Both the position numbers and the translations under genes were made by a program. A DNA stretch of 63,582 bases, counting the filler, from Sphacelaria rigidula (Eukaryota): NCBI GenBank assembly GCA_964200075.2. It is 7 parts of 7 records of this genome, joined end to end, with 100 filler letters (N's around TTAATTAATTAA, not from the genome) between each part and the next. Parts side by side here need not be neighbours in the genome. Positions count along the whole stretch, not along the records: positions 9,100 to 18,097 come from CAXNAA020009559.1; positions 18,198 to 27,195 come from CAXNAA020009560.1; 5 more parts are not named here. The stretch is one strand, 5' to 3'. Positions 9,722-21,337 of this stretch are shown here, in pieces. Below the pieces are notes generated by a model. The model did no database searches and was not told where the DNA came from. It was given only the letters and a program-made list of their open reading frames with translations. Positions within the stretch are counted from its first letter, which is position 1, and each line of letters begins with the position of its first letter.

Positions 9722-12700
9722 GTTGCCGATGAGTGCTTTTTGGGTGATGAGCGTGAACCATCCTCTACAAACTACTGCTTCCCGATGAATCCTGAACCGA
9801 TTGACCAGTGCGAAGCAAAGTACATCGTCTTTGCTCATCATCTACGCACGGCAGTCCTTGACGGAAATCTGTTGTGTATTGGAGGGAAGGTAGCGGCCTG
9901 CGTGTCAAATTACAACTGAAAGCGTGCCGTTACTAACCCTTTCTGTACGCGTGTTGTGCGCGCGTCCCATATCAACCATCGTTTCTCACTGATTTCTAAG
10001 CAGATGAGCAAGGTCACGCATACACAAGATGATCAGCTGATTCGCAGCTACGATTCGAGCTGTGTGTTTGGTTCGCGAGGGCAATACATTCCTCAATGAG
10101 CTCCTCAGATTAACTTCCGGTTGTGCTGGGTTTTGCGTCAAGCCTTTGCATGTGCCCTGTCAACGGGATGCCTAGATTTCCGTTCGAGGTGTCCACACAT
10201 TAATTTTGGGGCACTTTTTGTGGGGGGTGGTATCGCAGCGACTAATCACAGGCCGTTTTTTTCAAAAGCAGTCCTGCGTCAAAATAAAAAAAACAAAAAT
10301 ATACCAGAATGCCCGCACTATATTTTCTTGTGAATGCCCACACTTGGCCCGCATACAGAAATCATTGCCTTTTGAACAGGAACTTTGCTTGTTGATTCCT
10401 TGACCGTGGCTGAACTACACTAGTCAGGCACAACATAAGCAGTATGTCCACCGGAGAACAGCTCCTTTTGGCCACCGAGCAAATTAAACAAAGTGGATAT
10501 GGCAACATCGACGATACGTCCTGAATACAGATACCTAGCAGCTCAGATGCTGTGTAATGTGAGTAAATGCACATGTGGACATGGTGGTGCACTCACTTCC
10601 ACACCATGAGAATCTGAGAGGGTGTAGTGCTGGCAAACGAACATGAGTCAGTACTAGCACACTCTCTGGACAATGACAATCTGTAAAAAAGTCGTTCTGG
10701 TATCGCCTGTAGAGATGCTTAGCGCGAGAGGCGCGGTTGCACGCGCATTGTCGTCGCTGCAAGGCGCTGAGACTTCGGCCACATGTCATGTAAACCACAA
10801 CCAACGAGCCCGTGTATCTGGATTTGAGGGTTGGGCGATGCAACAGTGCGTGAGAGGATGAACAGTGCTCAAGTTCTGTTCCGAAAAAGTGCTTTTTTAT
10901 TTCGTTTTGTTTTGGTTCAGGACCATGGGTACACCAATTTTATTTGTCAAGAAGCATAACCCAACGTTGAAAAAAAATCGAGAAAAAGAGGGTTCGAGGG
11001 GGTTGGGCGCCGGGCGGCAGCTCTGTACTGATAACTTGAAGTTAGTGTCGTAGTAGACTACTTGGCTGTAGTGTAGTTTTAAACTACTTGATTTTAGTCT
11101 ACAGTTTGATCAAGATTTGATTCTTGTATGGACACTGGAGCAAGGTCAGACAACAACACGTGCCGAAGCTGGACGTCGACCTGTATAGATTGTATACCTT
11201 TCAGCGAGTGTGGTCTTCTTCAGCGTTGCTTGAAATATTGCACGGTTAGGACAAATCATCACGACTCAAAATCACNNNNNNNNNNCGAGTCGACTCATCA
11301 TACTAAAACCAAGTAATTTTCAGACGAATCATTATTTGTCCGACCCTTGAAACATTAACATTGGGTAGAGCTTGGGTAGTGGGACGCGGTTTGCTTTTTT
11401 TACCGTGAGGCATGTATGATACGTATACGCATGTCTGCATATAGATGGCCAACGAGCATCTTTCTACGACCAACACAATTATGCAGCAGTTTTCACCAAG
11501 GGTCGCAAGCTCCATACTATCGTCGACTGCGATTACTATTTTCGAAACTGCCCGCGGGTCAGACAAGTTTCGGCCCGGTTGCAGCAACCGCAACCTTCAC
11601 GGCGGTGAGCACAAGAAGACTGCCACGCAAATGTCGCAAACATGCTAGCTCCCTCCGCCTTCAAACACGAATAAGAGTGCAAAATGGGTTGCAACCGAGT
11701 GGCACAAATTTCCAGCGAAAAAAAATCGACCGCGTTTGTCGAAAGTGACCTGGGTCAGCAGGATAGTACATTGTACATATCGCCTTCCAGCGCACGAATG
11801 TGTTTGGCACCTCAAGACCTCGCCTCGAAATCAACGCGGCAAATTGCGGCAACGTACGAATTAAAAATAAATTCACGTGTTTTCGTTGAAAAAATCGGGC
11901 CCGAAAGGGGGGTTCGTAGGGCGTGGGGGTTGGTCATTTCAAATCCTGATGAAACTCCTGTCAGGACTGTAAAGTGATATTTTGAAACGTGATAAACGTA
12001 CTCGTAGTCATCTTTGATAAGAACCCTTCGATAGAAACCCGCTTCACGGTGTCAGTGGTACCACTAGACAACCGGGGCGCCGTGGTAACTACCGTCAAAT
12101 GCAAGATCCACTGGGGGCAACCTTCACGAATACGCCGACCTACGACACAAGCGGTCTTGAGTTGCGCGCAACACACGTTGGAACAGTAGCACAAAGTTCA
12201 GTTGAGTGCTGTCGGCCGGCGGTACCGCAGCAGGACGGGTTGGGACTGAAAAAACAAAAGTTCCCACAGACGGCGCAAAATTCGGAACTTGAATAATGCT
12301 ACGTGCAACACAAGGTTCTTGGTAAGTTATACAGTAAAGCGCGTGAGCACACCACCCACTGCAGCGCTGACACTAAAGAAACCGTTCTTCCACACGTTGG
12401 ACGATACAGCAATTGAGGCTAATCTAGCCACTACGCGCGTCACAAGCCTGGAGCGTGTACATATCAACTAATATAATCTGTACATGGTACCGTAGATCTG
12501 TCCAAGAAGCGCATCCGGCGGCACGGCTCTCACCCCAATATTTACAACATAATGGATGTGCACGAAGCGCGTCCATTGATTCCTCCGCACGCTTGTAATG
12601 ACTGACATTGATCCATCTCGTGTCTCCTCTCCATCCATTACTGGAGCTGCAGTGCAAATCAACGCAATGCGCTGCGCCGAAGAGGAATTGTTGTGGCTGT

Positions 12701-12879
12701 TGATTTTGTCCCACATTTGCTGGATCGTGTGACTCAGACCCGCAGTCAAACACGACCTTCACCGTGCTACTACTGTGGAGATTGATCGTATCCACGTATA
12801 CATATATATAAATATATATATATACATGTGTAGTGATTCAGGTAAGCTCAAATCCAAAATCTTGTACACCAAACAGCTA

Positions 12880-14263
12880 CGAGCTGGGCCAGCCTGGGCG
12901 CAGATTTAAGCTCTCAAAACAATATCCCATCAACACAGACGAGTTGGGCCGTTATCCACATATCGTATTGATCATTGGTCGTCGGATCATGGGGAAGGTG
13001 CCCATGTATGTGCTCAAAAGTCTGGGATATTTTTTTCGTCGCGATTAAGTCCCATCTAAAGTGATTCCTATACTGTACGGAGATAGCATCGATACTACAT
13101 TCTATATGGAACCCCAAACGATATATACAGCGGATGATGATGATTTTTGGTGTGGACATTCATTCCCTGGAGCACGGGGAAACGATCGATACCCTCACTT
13201 TTACCTACATTCGTCACCTGTCTCGATATATGGCGCACAAAATGTTTAGTCTAAAATCAGTATATTTCGAGCAGAGGCACTAAACCCTTTGGCCGTGAGG
13301 GTAGGTCACCTGCTGCTGAATCGGCATCAATTTCACTTGAAAAACGTCTGCGTCATCCAAATGGACTACCCGCATCGCGACCCAAGGGTTCATGCACATC
13401 TTCTGGATATTGCGTCTCAGTCTTTGAGAGTTGTGCTTTCAAATTTCATATATAATATAATATGGAGAATCGCTAGTGCAAAACAAGTTTAAAAAAATCG
13501 TCGCTTTTTTTTTAATTGGGTAGGGGAGTTTCCAGGGAAAATGGACCATAACAATGCTCTCGGACCCCATCTTAGTTTTTCAGCTCAATTTTCAGGATTG
13601 AGATTATTTGAAACTTATTACGATGAAGAATCGCAAAGGCATTTCCAAGAAAAAAAATGGACCCTTCAAAAAAACAAGTAAGTGGAGGGGTATGGGCGTT
13701 CTCACGAAAATATGGTCTTTACCAATCTCAAACGTCCTAAACAAGTGAATATATGTATGTATATACAGTACTTTTCTGACTGTTGCGGTTCGGTACGGTC
13801 TAGCGAGGTCCCACACACAAAGATTCAGAAGACAAGCACCAAACCTTGGCCAGTAAATGGCCTGGAAAATGTTTCGAATTTCTCCCAGCCCGATTTCTAA
13901 ATCATCCCGTCTCCACTCAATTTTTGGATTTTTTATTCGATTGATTGATTATCTCAGACTAAATCAACAGTTGGACTTATAAATTTTGGAAGGAGAGAGA
14001 ATAGGGCATGCTGAAGAAATGTCAAGCAGCATAATATCGATTTTTTTCGTGAGTCAACCGCATATTCCTGATAACTACGTACTGATTATTGCCACCAACT
14101 CACGAAAGGAAAACAAAAACTCAATGTCCTGCTTGACACTTTTTATTTTTAGCACGCCTTATCCTTTCTCCGCACCAACTTTGAAAGTCCAACTCCCAAA
14201 ATTGAGTGGAGGAGACGGGGTCTGCAAACCACAAACTACTCGCGTCTAGGCCAGCCCTGCTCG
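12880..14263. mobile_element. TA-flanked non-autonomous Tc1/mariner-like element with CGAGC(T/A)GGGC TIRs
   Basis: TA|CGAGCTGGGCCAGCCTGG ... CTAGGCCAGCCCTGCTCG|TA. The same TIR type bounds 57797-58364. Confidence 0.55.
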
Positions 14264-15418
14264 TATGATCATTGGGACAAGATACTCGGAAATTAGTGTG
14301 CAGAGCAGCACGGGCCCACGTTTTTACATATTCCCATAGCCTTCACAACTGCAGTATAACTTACTTTATCGAGTACTAGTAGCTTCAGGTTTAGGTATAG
14401 ATTGTAGAGGATCGCTGTATAACCCGGTGAAGCTAATAGGGAAACGATGAATGAAATACCCGCTGTCTGTTGCGGGTCTGACCATCGAGCTGGTGTGAAA
14501 GAAAATATCGTATGCTCGATCAACGAAGTCCACGGAAAGAGAGTGCAGGATCGCAAGAACTCGTGCGACTCACTTACTAGTGTGCCGTGGAAACTCCCCA
14601 ACCAGAAAGCATCACTGCTGCACGAATCAACGGTGATAGAGAGCTAATATGTCTTACGCACCTGGACCGAACAGGTGAAGTCGGTTCAGTGATCTTGTCT
14701 TGCAATGCACTTCCATCCTTCTCGCTGCCGCTGGTTTTCGGGTATGCAATGCTGCATTGGGTAGGCTAATACTGTGGGTGGGCAAAATACCAGGAAGTCG
14801 AGGTGGTGTACTTTCTTGCTCTTGGTGCAACGCTACGGTTATCTGGCCTCTACTCGTACACCAGCGCTTACCTCTCGATGCCGATATTTTCTGTATGCTC
14901 CTCAGCGCAGCACCAATTTGGCACTCGGAGGGGACCAAGAAAGTGGAGATCCAGACTGCGTCTATTGATCACGGGGTCACTCAAAATCCCTTTGAGCGGA
15001 GATGGAGCCCTTATGATTTCAATGGCGGGTAAGTCCTAAGATTGATACCCTATGTGCAAGCGAGCTAGAACTACATGTGTACAACCACGAGGAAACCTCC
15101 ACCGGACGTACCGCGGAGTACGTTAACCGTAGTCTAGTAAAAAGTTGATGACGGAGGATACCACCCTGGGACATCGTGTAAGAGCTCACCCTCTTGTTTT
15201 TCTCGATAAGACAAGGCCTCCACTACTGCAGCAGGGACATTAACGGCCAAGAAATTTCTGTTTTTGCAACACACTGACAAACTATGTCAAACAACGCAAC
15301 TCTTGGCGTCGAGCCTCCCGTAATATTGGGGGAAAATGAAATTGAGAACATTCAAAACTTGCGGCGGCAGGAGTGATATGCTGCATCGCCCACCTCTGTA
15401 CTACCAAACAATAAAGTA

Positions 15419-16317
15419 TAGTGATCAACGTCAGAAGTTTTCAGAATTCGTAGTTGTTGTCGTTCTTGAGTTTTTCTCGAGTATTATTCTTCACTACTAC
15501 TTGAAAGTGCTAGCGCCGGTAGATCTAAGAAGAAAGCGTAGGCCGCGCTCGTACTGCAGTGCCCAAGTCGATGTTTTTGTGGCCATACGGACTGGATACC
15601 CCGTTTATCAGGAGGGTATTGTTGACCGTTTTTGGTCCAATAAAAACAGTTTTCCGGCTTTTCCGCAACTAAACGGTAAATATTCAGATAAAATAATACG
15701 TATACAATTCTTCACAATAACGATCGAGATCGTGTTTCCCTCCTATACTGCACAGACCTCAGTGAAGCATTTTCTGCGGATGGTCTCTTTTTTTTTCCCA
15801 CATGATATTTTTCATGATCACTCGAAAGTGCTAGCGTCGGTAGTTTCGGCAAAATAAGGAGACCGTGCTCAAATCACAATGCCCAAGTTGGTGTTGTGGG
15901 GGTGATACAGAGTGAAGTTCCCGTTTATCAGGAGGGTGTTATTGACCGTGAATGGTCCAAGAAACATAGTTTCCTGCTTTGGCACAGTGAGTAGGTGGAA
16001 TTTCAAAAAGTAATCATTTTTGGGTCTTCACTTCGATGATCGGGATCGAGTCGGTGTACCGAAAATGCCGAAAAGCTAGAACCTGGGGTTGAACCCTCGC
16101 AAAACTCCCGAAGATCGGTCAAGCCCGTAAGTCACTCGATATTGATCGCGGATATTTTTTCTTTCAATATTTGTCAAGAGGATAAGAAAATCTGCACATG
16201 TCCATTTTTTGGCATCGAGCAGTCACTGTGATGAACGGTGGCAAGCGAAACAAATTTTGAAAATCTTTGAGGAACTAAGAAATTACGAAATCTGCATACT
16301 TTTGACGCTGACTACTG
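15419..16317. mobile_element. About 900-bp TA-flanked Tc1/mariner-like MITE, copy 1
   Basis: TA|TAGTGATCAACGTCAGAA ... TTTTGACGCTGACTACTG|TA. Colinear with 27896-28795. Contains an internal direct repeat of about 320-bp period (GAAAGTGCTAGCG...CCCGTTTATCAGGAGGGT). Confidence 0.85.
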
Positions 16318-16799
16318 TAGATCCTTGGTCGGCTGGTGTCTAGTGCTGTCTTGGCGGCTGCGCCGGACCACCCATGTAACTCACTTCTCGTAGCTCCAGC
16401 TGCGAAGGGTTCAAGAGTCGGACGAGTCATCGCTGCTTCGAACAATCGTATGTACGACTGCTAGTGCCTGATGGCTCAAGGGAGAGATGAAAACTTGAAA
16501 CTTGATCGCGGGTCAAAAACGTGGGTAAATGTTGTGTACGTCGGACGAGCACGAGTATGAATCGGGGCGCTCGCGCTCGTTGGGCCGCTTGTTGGCTGTT
16601 TTTGGATCTCCTCGAGCACTCGAGTCATTGCTCGTTGTGGAAAAGTTCATACAGGCTGGGCCGCCGAAGATTTGAACAGGAATGTTGACACGCGAGTCTC
16701 AACCCTTGGACGACGAGCGTCACCTCACAACAGTTGTACAGGCTGGCAGTCCCGAGACATCCGGGGGATTCCAGGGCTCGGAGGGGGGTTGTTTTTGAG

Positions 16800-16872
16800 G
16801 GAGGGGGGGGTACTCATTTGTTGCTTGCCTTAGTCGTTTGACCATTGAGCACGCATCCCTTTCGAGACGGGA
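16800..16872 (+). repeat. Dispersed G-run-GTACTCATTTGTTGCTTGCC sub-terminal repeat
   Basis: Near-identical copy at about 39198-39273 (+); reverse copies at about 641-710 and 45490-45532. Confidence 0.8.
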
Positions 16873-17625
16873 GGGTGCCTCTACGCGGAGCATCAGAGAA
16901 GCTCACGCAGTCTACCATGTGTGTTTGGAAGTTTCTCGGGGAAATTGATGAGCCGTGCACGACGCCCGAGTGGCGCGGGATGACCATTCTGACCAATCAC
17001 GGTCGTCAAAATGAGCACTTTTGTTCCGAAAGAGGTACACAACTGGTTAACGCATTCGTCGTCTACCCTCAAATCTCATTCTGATCATGCCAAATCAACC
17101 ATAGATTATATAACCGAAAAGCAGGTGTTTGAGCATCTTCGGTACACGGTGTCTGTTTAGTACGGCATGAGCGTCCTACCAGCTCCACACTTCCGTCTGG
17201 TATAAAACGTCATGGCGCAATACGCGAGCGGCGACCACGAGTATCCCACGCACGTGGATGTAGACAAGTACTTCGACGGTGAAGCGACCGCCATCGCCGA
17301 GCAGTTGCTCTACGGTAGTCAGGGTCGTTCGCGGCGGTGGTCACTGTGCGATACCCTAATGCACGCTGCGAACGCTGGGCACGTTCAACACTGTAAGATC
17401 CAGTACGCTCCGGACTGCACAGCAAAAATATGAGGCTTCATCATCACATGGTCGACAACCACACCACCATCTGTGTTATGACTCTCACAACCATGTGCCT
17501 CTTATGCACTCCCCGTACCTTCCGCCGTAGGGTAGGCGTTTTGAGTTGTGACAAATGATTCTGAACCCCAAAAGTGGAGAGTCTACCCCAGTCTACCAGC
17601 GGGGGTGTCGCCGTCAAAGGGTTAA

Positions 17626-17889
17626 GCTCGATTTTGGATCGTTTCCGATGAAATTTTGATACGATGTACAGGACGTACATGCAAAAAAGACCCCGAAAAT
17701 CCCCCTCCCCCCGTGTTTTTTTTCTTCGTGAGTTATTGGTGATGTAGCTTCGAAAAACTGTTCTGAAATGTTCCGTCGCCGATAGCTCGCGAAGAAACAA
17801 GAACAAAACACGGGGGCGATCTTCGGGATCTTTGCATGTACGTCCTGTACATATGTCGAAATTTCATCGAAAACGATCCAAAATTGAGC
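17626..17889. repeat. Palindromic (foldback) repeat with about 120-bp arms
   Basis: GCTCGATTTTGGATCGTTTCCGATGAAATTTTGATACGATGTACAGGACGTACATGCAAA versus TTTGCATGTACGTCCTGTACATATGTCGAAATTTCATCGAAAACGATCCAAAATTGAGC. Further arm copies at about 17960-18005 and 36476-36633. Confidence 0.8.
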
Positions 17890-18097
17890 GAAGAATACGC
17901 GTCATTCCGTCGACGACCAGTTACGAATAATTCAAACGCATTCATGCTGTTCAATTTCAAGCTGTTTTCGATTATTTTTTTATACGATGTACAGGACGTA
18001 TGTGCGAATACCGAACGTTGTTTTTTTCAGGGTACTCCTCGCGAAATTCCCACGATATTTGGACGGTTACGGTAATGACGTGAATTACCGCAAGATT

Positions 18098-18197
18098 NNN
18101 NNNNNNNNNNNNNNNNNNNNNNNNNNNNNNNNNNNNNNNNNTTAATTAATTAANNNNNNNNNNNNNNNNNNNNNNNNNNNNNNNNNNNNNNNNNNNN
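18098..18197. other. Artificial contig linker
   Basis: N44-TTAATTAATTAA-N44. Confidence 0.99.
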
Positions 18198-21100
18198 TCG
18201 CCGGACCAGACTTGCACTCAAACTACCAAGCGCGACGCGCCGTGGTGCGTTCGGCGAGTCACATGAAGGGTGAGCTGCATCCTGCTCAGATTGGTCGGCC
18301 CCAAGCCTACTGATTATCTTACATTTGGATGATACCAACAATGAGTTGCTTCATTCTGTGGTATCGCCACTTCCAGAGACAGCCACGGCTTATACACTGC
18401 CTCACGCGTGTCTAACCATCGCGCGGGGGGAGGGGGGTAGCATAAACTCGAATGGGTACTTTTTGTCGCTATTTGACTCAGGTAAAGATGAAGACCTTCG
18501 TACACCAGAATCAACATCAATATCCATATATATGTGATCAAGAAACAAGGTTTCTCTTGTGTTGGCGGTAGCCTTCGCTTGTGTACCTTCCGTTTTGCCC
18601 GAACAAATGCGCCAACTTAAAGACCTTGCTAATAATGTAGCCTTCACCATGCCAAAACTGCTGTTTTTCACATTTGTCGCGACTTCAGTTTACATCATGT
18701 GACGAGAGTCTGCTCTCGCGACCTGAAAGAGTCCCATATGGTTGTTTTGCGAGTCAAGATATGGGTAGAGTTCATTCGTTCCGCGCTCATAAGCAGGCTC
18801 GGATATTGACTACCACCGTCAACGTTAGAAGCTTGTCCTCGTGCTCGTTAGACCTTTTTTTAGGTTTCTCGGGAATCATTACTTATCACGATGGACATTC
18901 GATTCCGACAAAAGAAAATCGAGCGATATTAGGACCCAAGACAGATTTCAGAATATCAGATCATTTCAATTATTGTATTTCAACAAGGTAAACGATCGTT
19001 GGACGTCCTGCGTGTAGACAGTCTCAGGTCGTTTCTACTTGATATTTTTGGCTGATCGAGCCATCTCAATCGTATCGATGAACTCTCGAATGGGCTCATT
19101 ATTACAGATTCAAGCTTCTCATCGATCTGCAGAAGAAAACCTTGGTGTTGAACCAACATACTTTCAAAAACACCCCCCCCTCCGGGAAAGACGGGGTCCT
19201 CTCCTGTATTACCTCTACAGTACACAAAGGTACTGTATTGAAAGTTTCCTTTGGACGGAACGACCAATTTTTCAAGCCAATACCCACGGATTCTAGAGCA
19301 TTCGAGTGACGATATGAAAAAGCGTCGGCGAAATCCCGGACAAAGGAGAGAATGCGTCTAAAGTTGACTGCTGTAACTATTCACCGCAAGTCATCAATTA
19401 TTTGCGGGTGCAAGCATGTTCGAATGCTCGCCTGTCGGTAACCGCGACAACGAACGCTTCCTCCAGTTTCGAGAGGAGCTGCCTCTGTATCTCCCGGAAC
19501 GTTACTCCTGCTCCACGATCTTGCCCGAAGCCAGCTCCTGTGCGACGTAATTCTGACTCAATCAGCAAAAACAAATGTAGAAAATGAGCGGAAAAGAGAA
19601 GAGAACCCGACGAAGGTGGGAAACGCAGAAGCGACATCACTACTCTGTGCAGAGTCAGATAGCCGAATATACCGCTCAATCGCCCCCATGGACGGACAAA
19701 CGAACAGGCGAACGAACGATCCCAAAATGCTTTGGTGCGATGTAGAGTCTAGGATACGATTGAGAGTGAGAAGCGGCCGATTCATGAATGACATAGTTTC
19801 AGTTCCGGAACACTCCTCCAGGCTTTATATACGCTTTTCTGTAGTAGCTTGCCACTGAAGCCTTTGATATCCCTGAGTAGGATATCGACGTGTAGCTGTC
19901 AGCATACGACCGTGCTACAGGCAAAAACGAGCACCTACAAAAAATGAAAAACATGGTCAAGTAAGAGCGAATAATAAAACTCACTGTCAATTAACGCAAG
20001 ACGTTCAGTGTTACGAAGACGTTGTGTCCAGTTGTCAGCCGACCAAACAGAAACTGGAAACACTTACTGTCCAATGATGCACGTGATAACCCCACGACTA
20101 GGAACGCCATACGTTAAGCTCATTTATCCGAGGGAGGGAGGGATAATGTACGCCTGTTTCACGCTTGACGTATTGATTCGGATCAGCGCGGGTGATTTGC
20201 GGTGCAGAGAGATGAGCTCGTCTGCCGATTTTGCGCCGACTAGCTATCCGGCCATTCGTTTAGATAAATCAGCTCGTCGACGTCTAGAACAATTTTCATC
20301 AGGATTGGGGTCATAATCAGGAGCTGAAGCTTTTCAACAGGTGATTTAAATATTATACGTGCGAATAGGTGTCCAATCCAACTTAAAAGAAAGACAATAC
20401 AAGCCATAAAACACAGAAGGGCACTTATACACGGCTCAACCCCTCGACCACGAAGAGGAGAAACCGTGGACAAACCTCGGTACACAGAGACTGCGGAATT
20501 GACATTCACTAGTGGACTCGAATAGACCGCTGCTCGGTCAAACGACGGACTCGTGTTGACGCCACTTGACTTCGCTCACCGATATTATTGAAAACACAGC
20601 AAAGATCGTGTTTACCAAGTATCTGACTTCGACGCGTTTTATTAATGATCCAGACGACGGAATAGCGACGAAGTAAGGGGCGACGAAACTAAAACAATAC
20701 GGGCGTTCGTTTCTCGTTCTAACCGTGCATTCTCATCCCAGTCCGTCCTGAAGTGGACTGCGTGGAGACCCGTCCGCCTTGAGTCGGCGAATATACTCGT
20801 CCTCCGCCCTTGCTATCTGGTATTTCCCTGTCAAACAAAAAGCGGCAACCGTTGGTGACAGTAGGGGAAAGCGTTTGCATGGAGTTGGTGCACGGAAAGC
20901 GTTAGGGCGGTGGGGGCCTTCAAGTTCAGTAGAAAGTAAGACATCAGCTGACGCATGATCCGTCCATCACAGATAACGTTCACCTTTGGTACGTCTCTAT
21001 TGCAACCAAGGCTAGAGTCGCTGCGGATCAGACAAAGTGCGGCTGTCAGTCAATCAACTGTCGATCAGTCACGCCACAGATGTGCAGTTACTCTGTGGAT

Positions 21101-21337
21101 GCGCCAGACTCCACATTGCCAAGAAGTGTGTTGCATAGCAGGTACCACTCACAGTACGTCTATTACGTCTTCGGATACTATCATGTATACACCCTAGGCC
21201 ATCACGTATGTTGGTACAAGTTGTCAGATTACGTCACGAACTACCAATGCAAAACACCAAGCGGCTTTTGAACGACTAGTAAACGGATTGCTTTGAAACG
21301 CACTACAACCGCACACTCGAAACAATACTGCTTTTTC

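Noticed and set aside
11990..12790. Cys-rich degenerate coding sequence
   Set aside because: No recognisable family motif or consistent frame, so I cannot support a call.
18198..20900. Short ORFs in the first part of contig 3
   Set aside because: No recognisable homology or exon structure; possibly very old TE debris.
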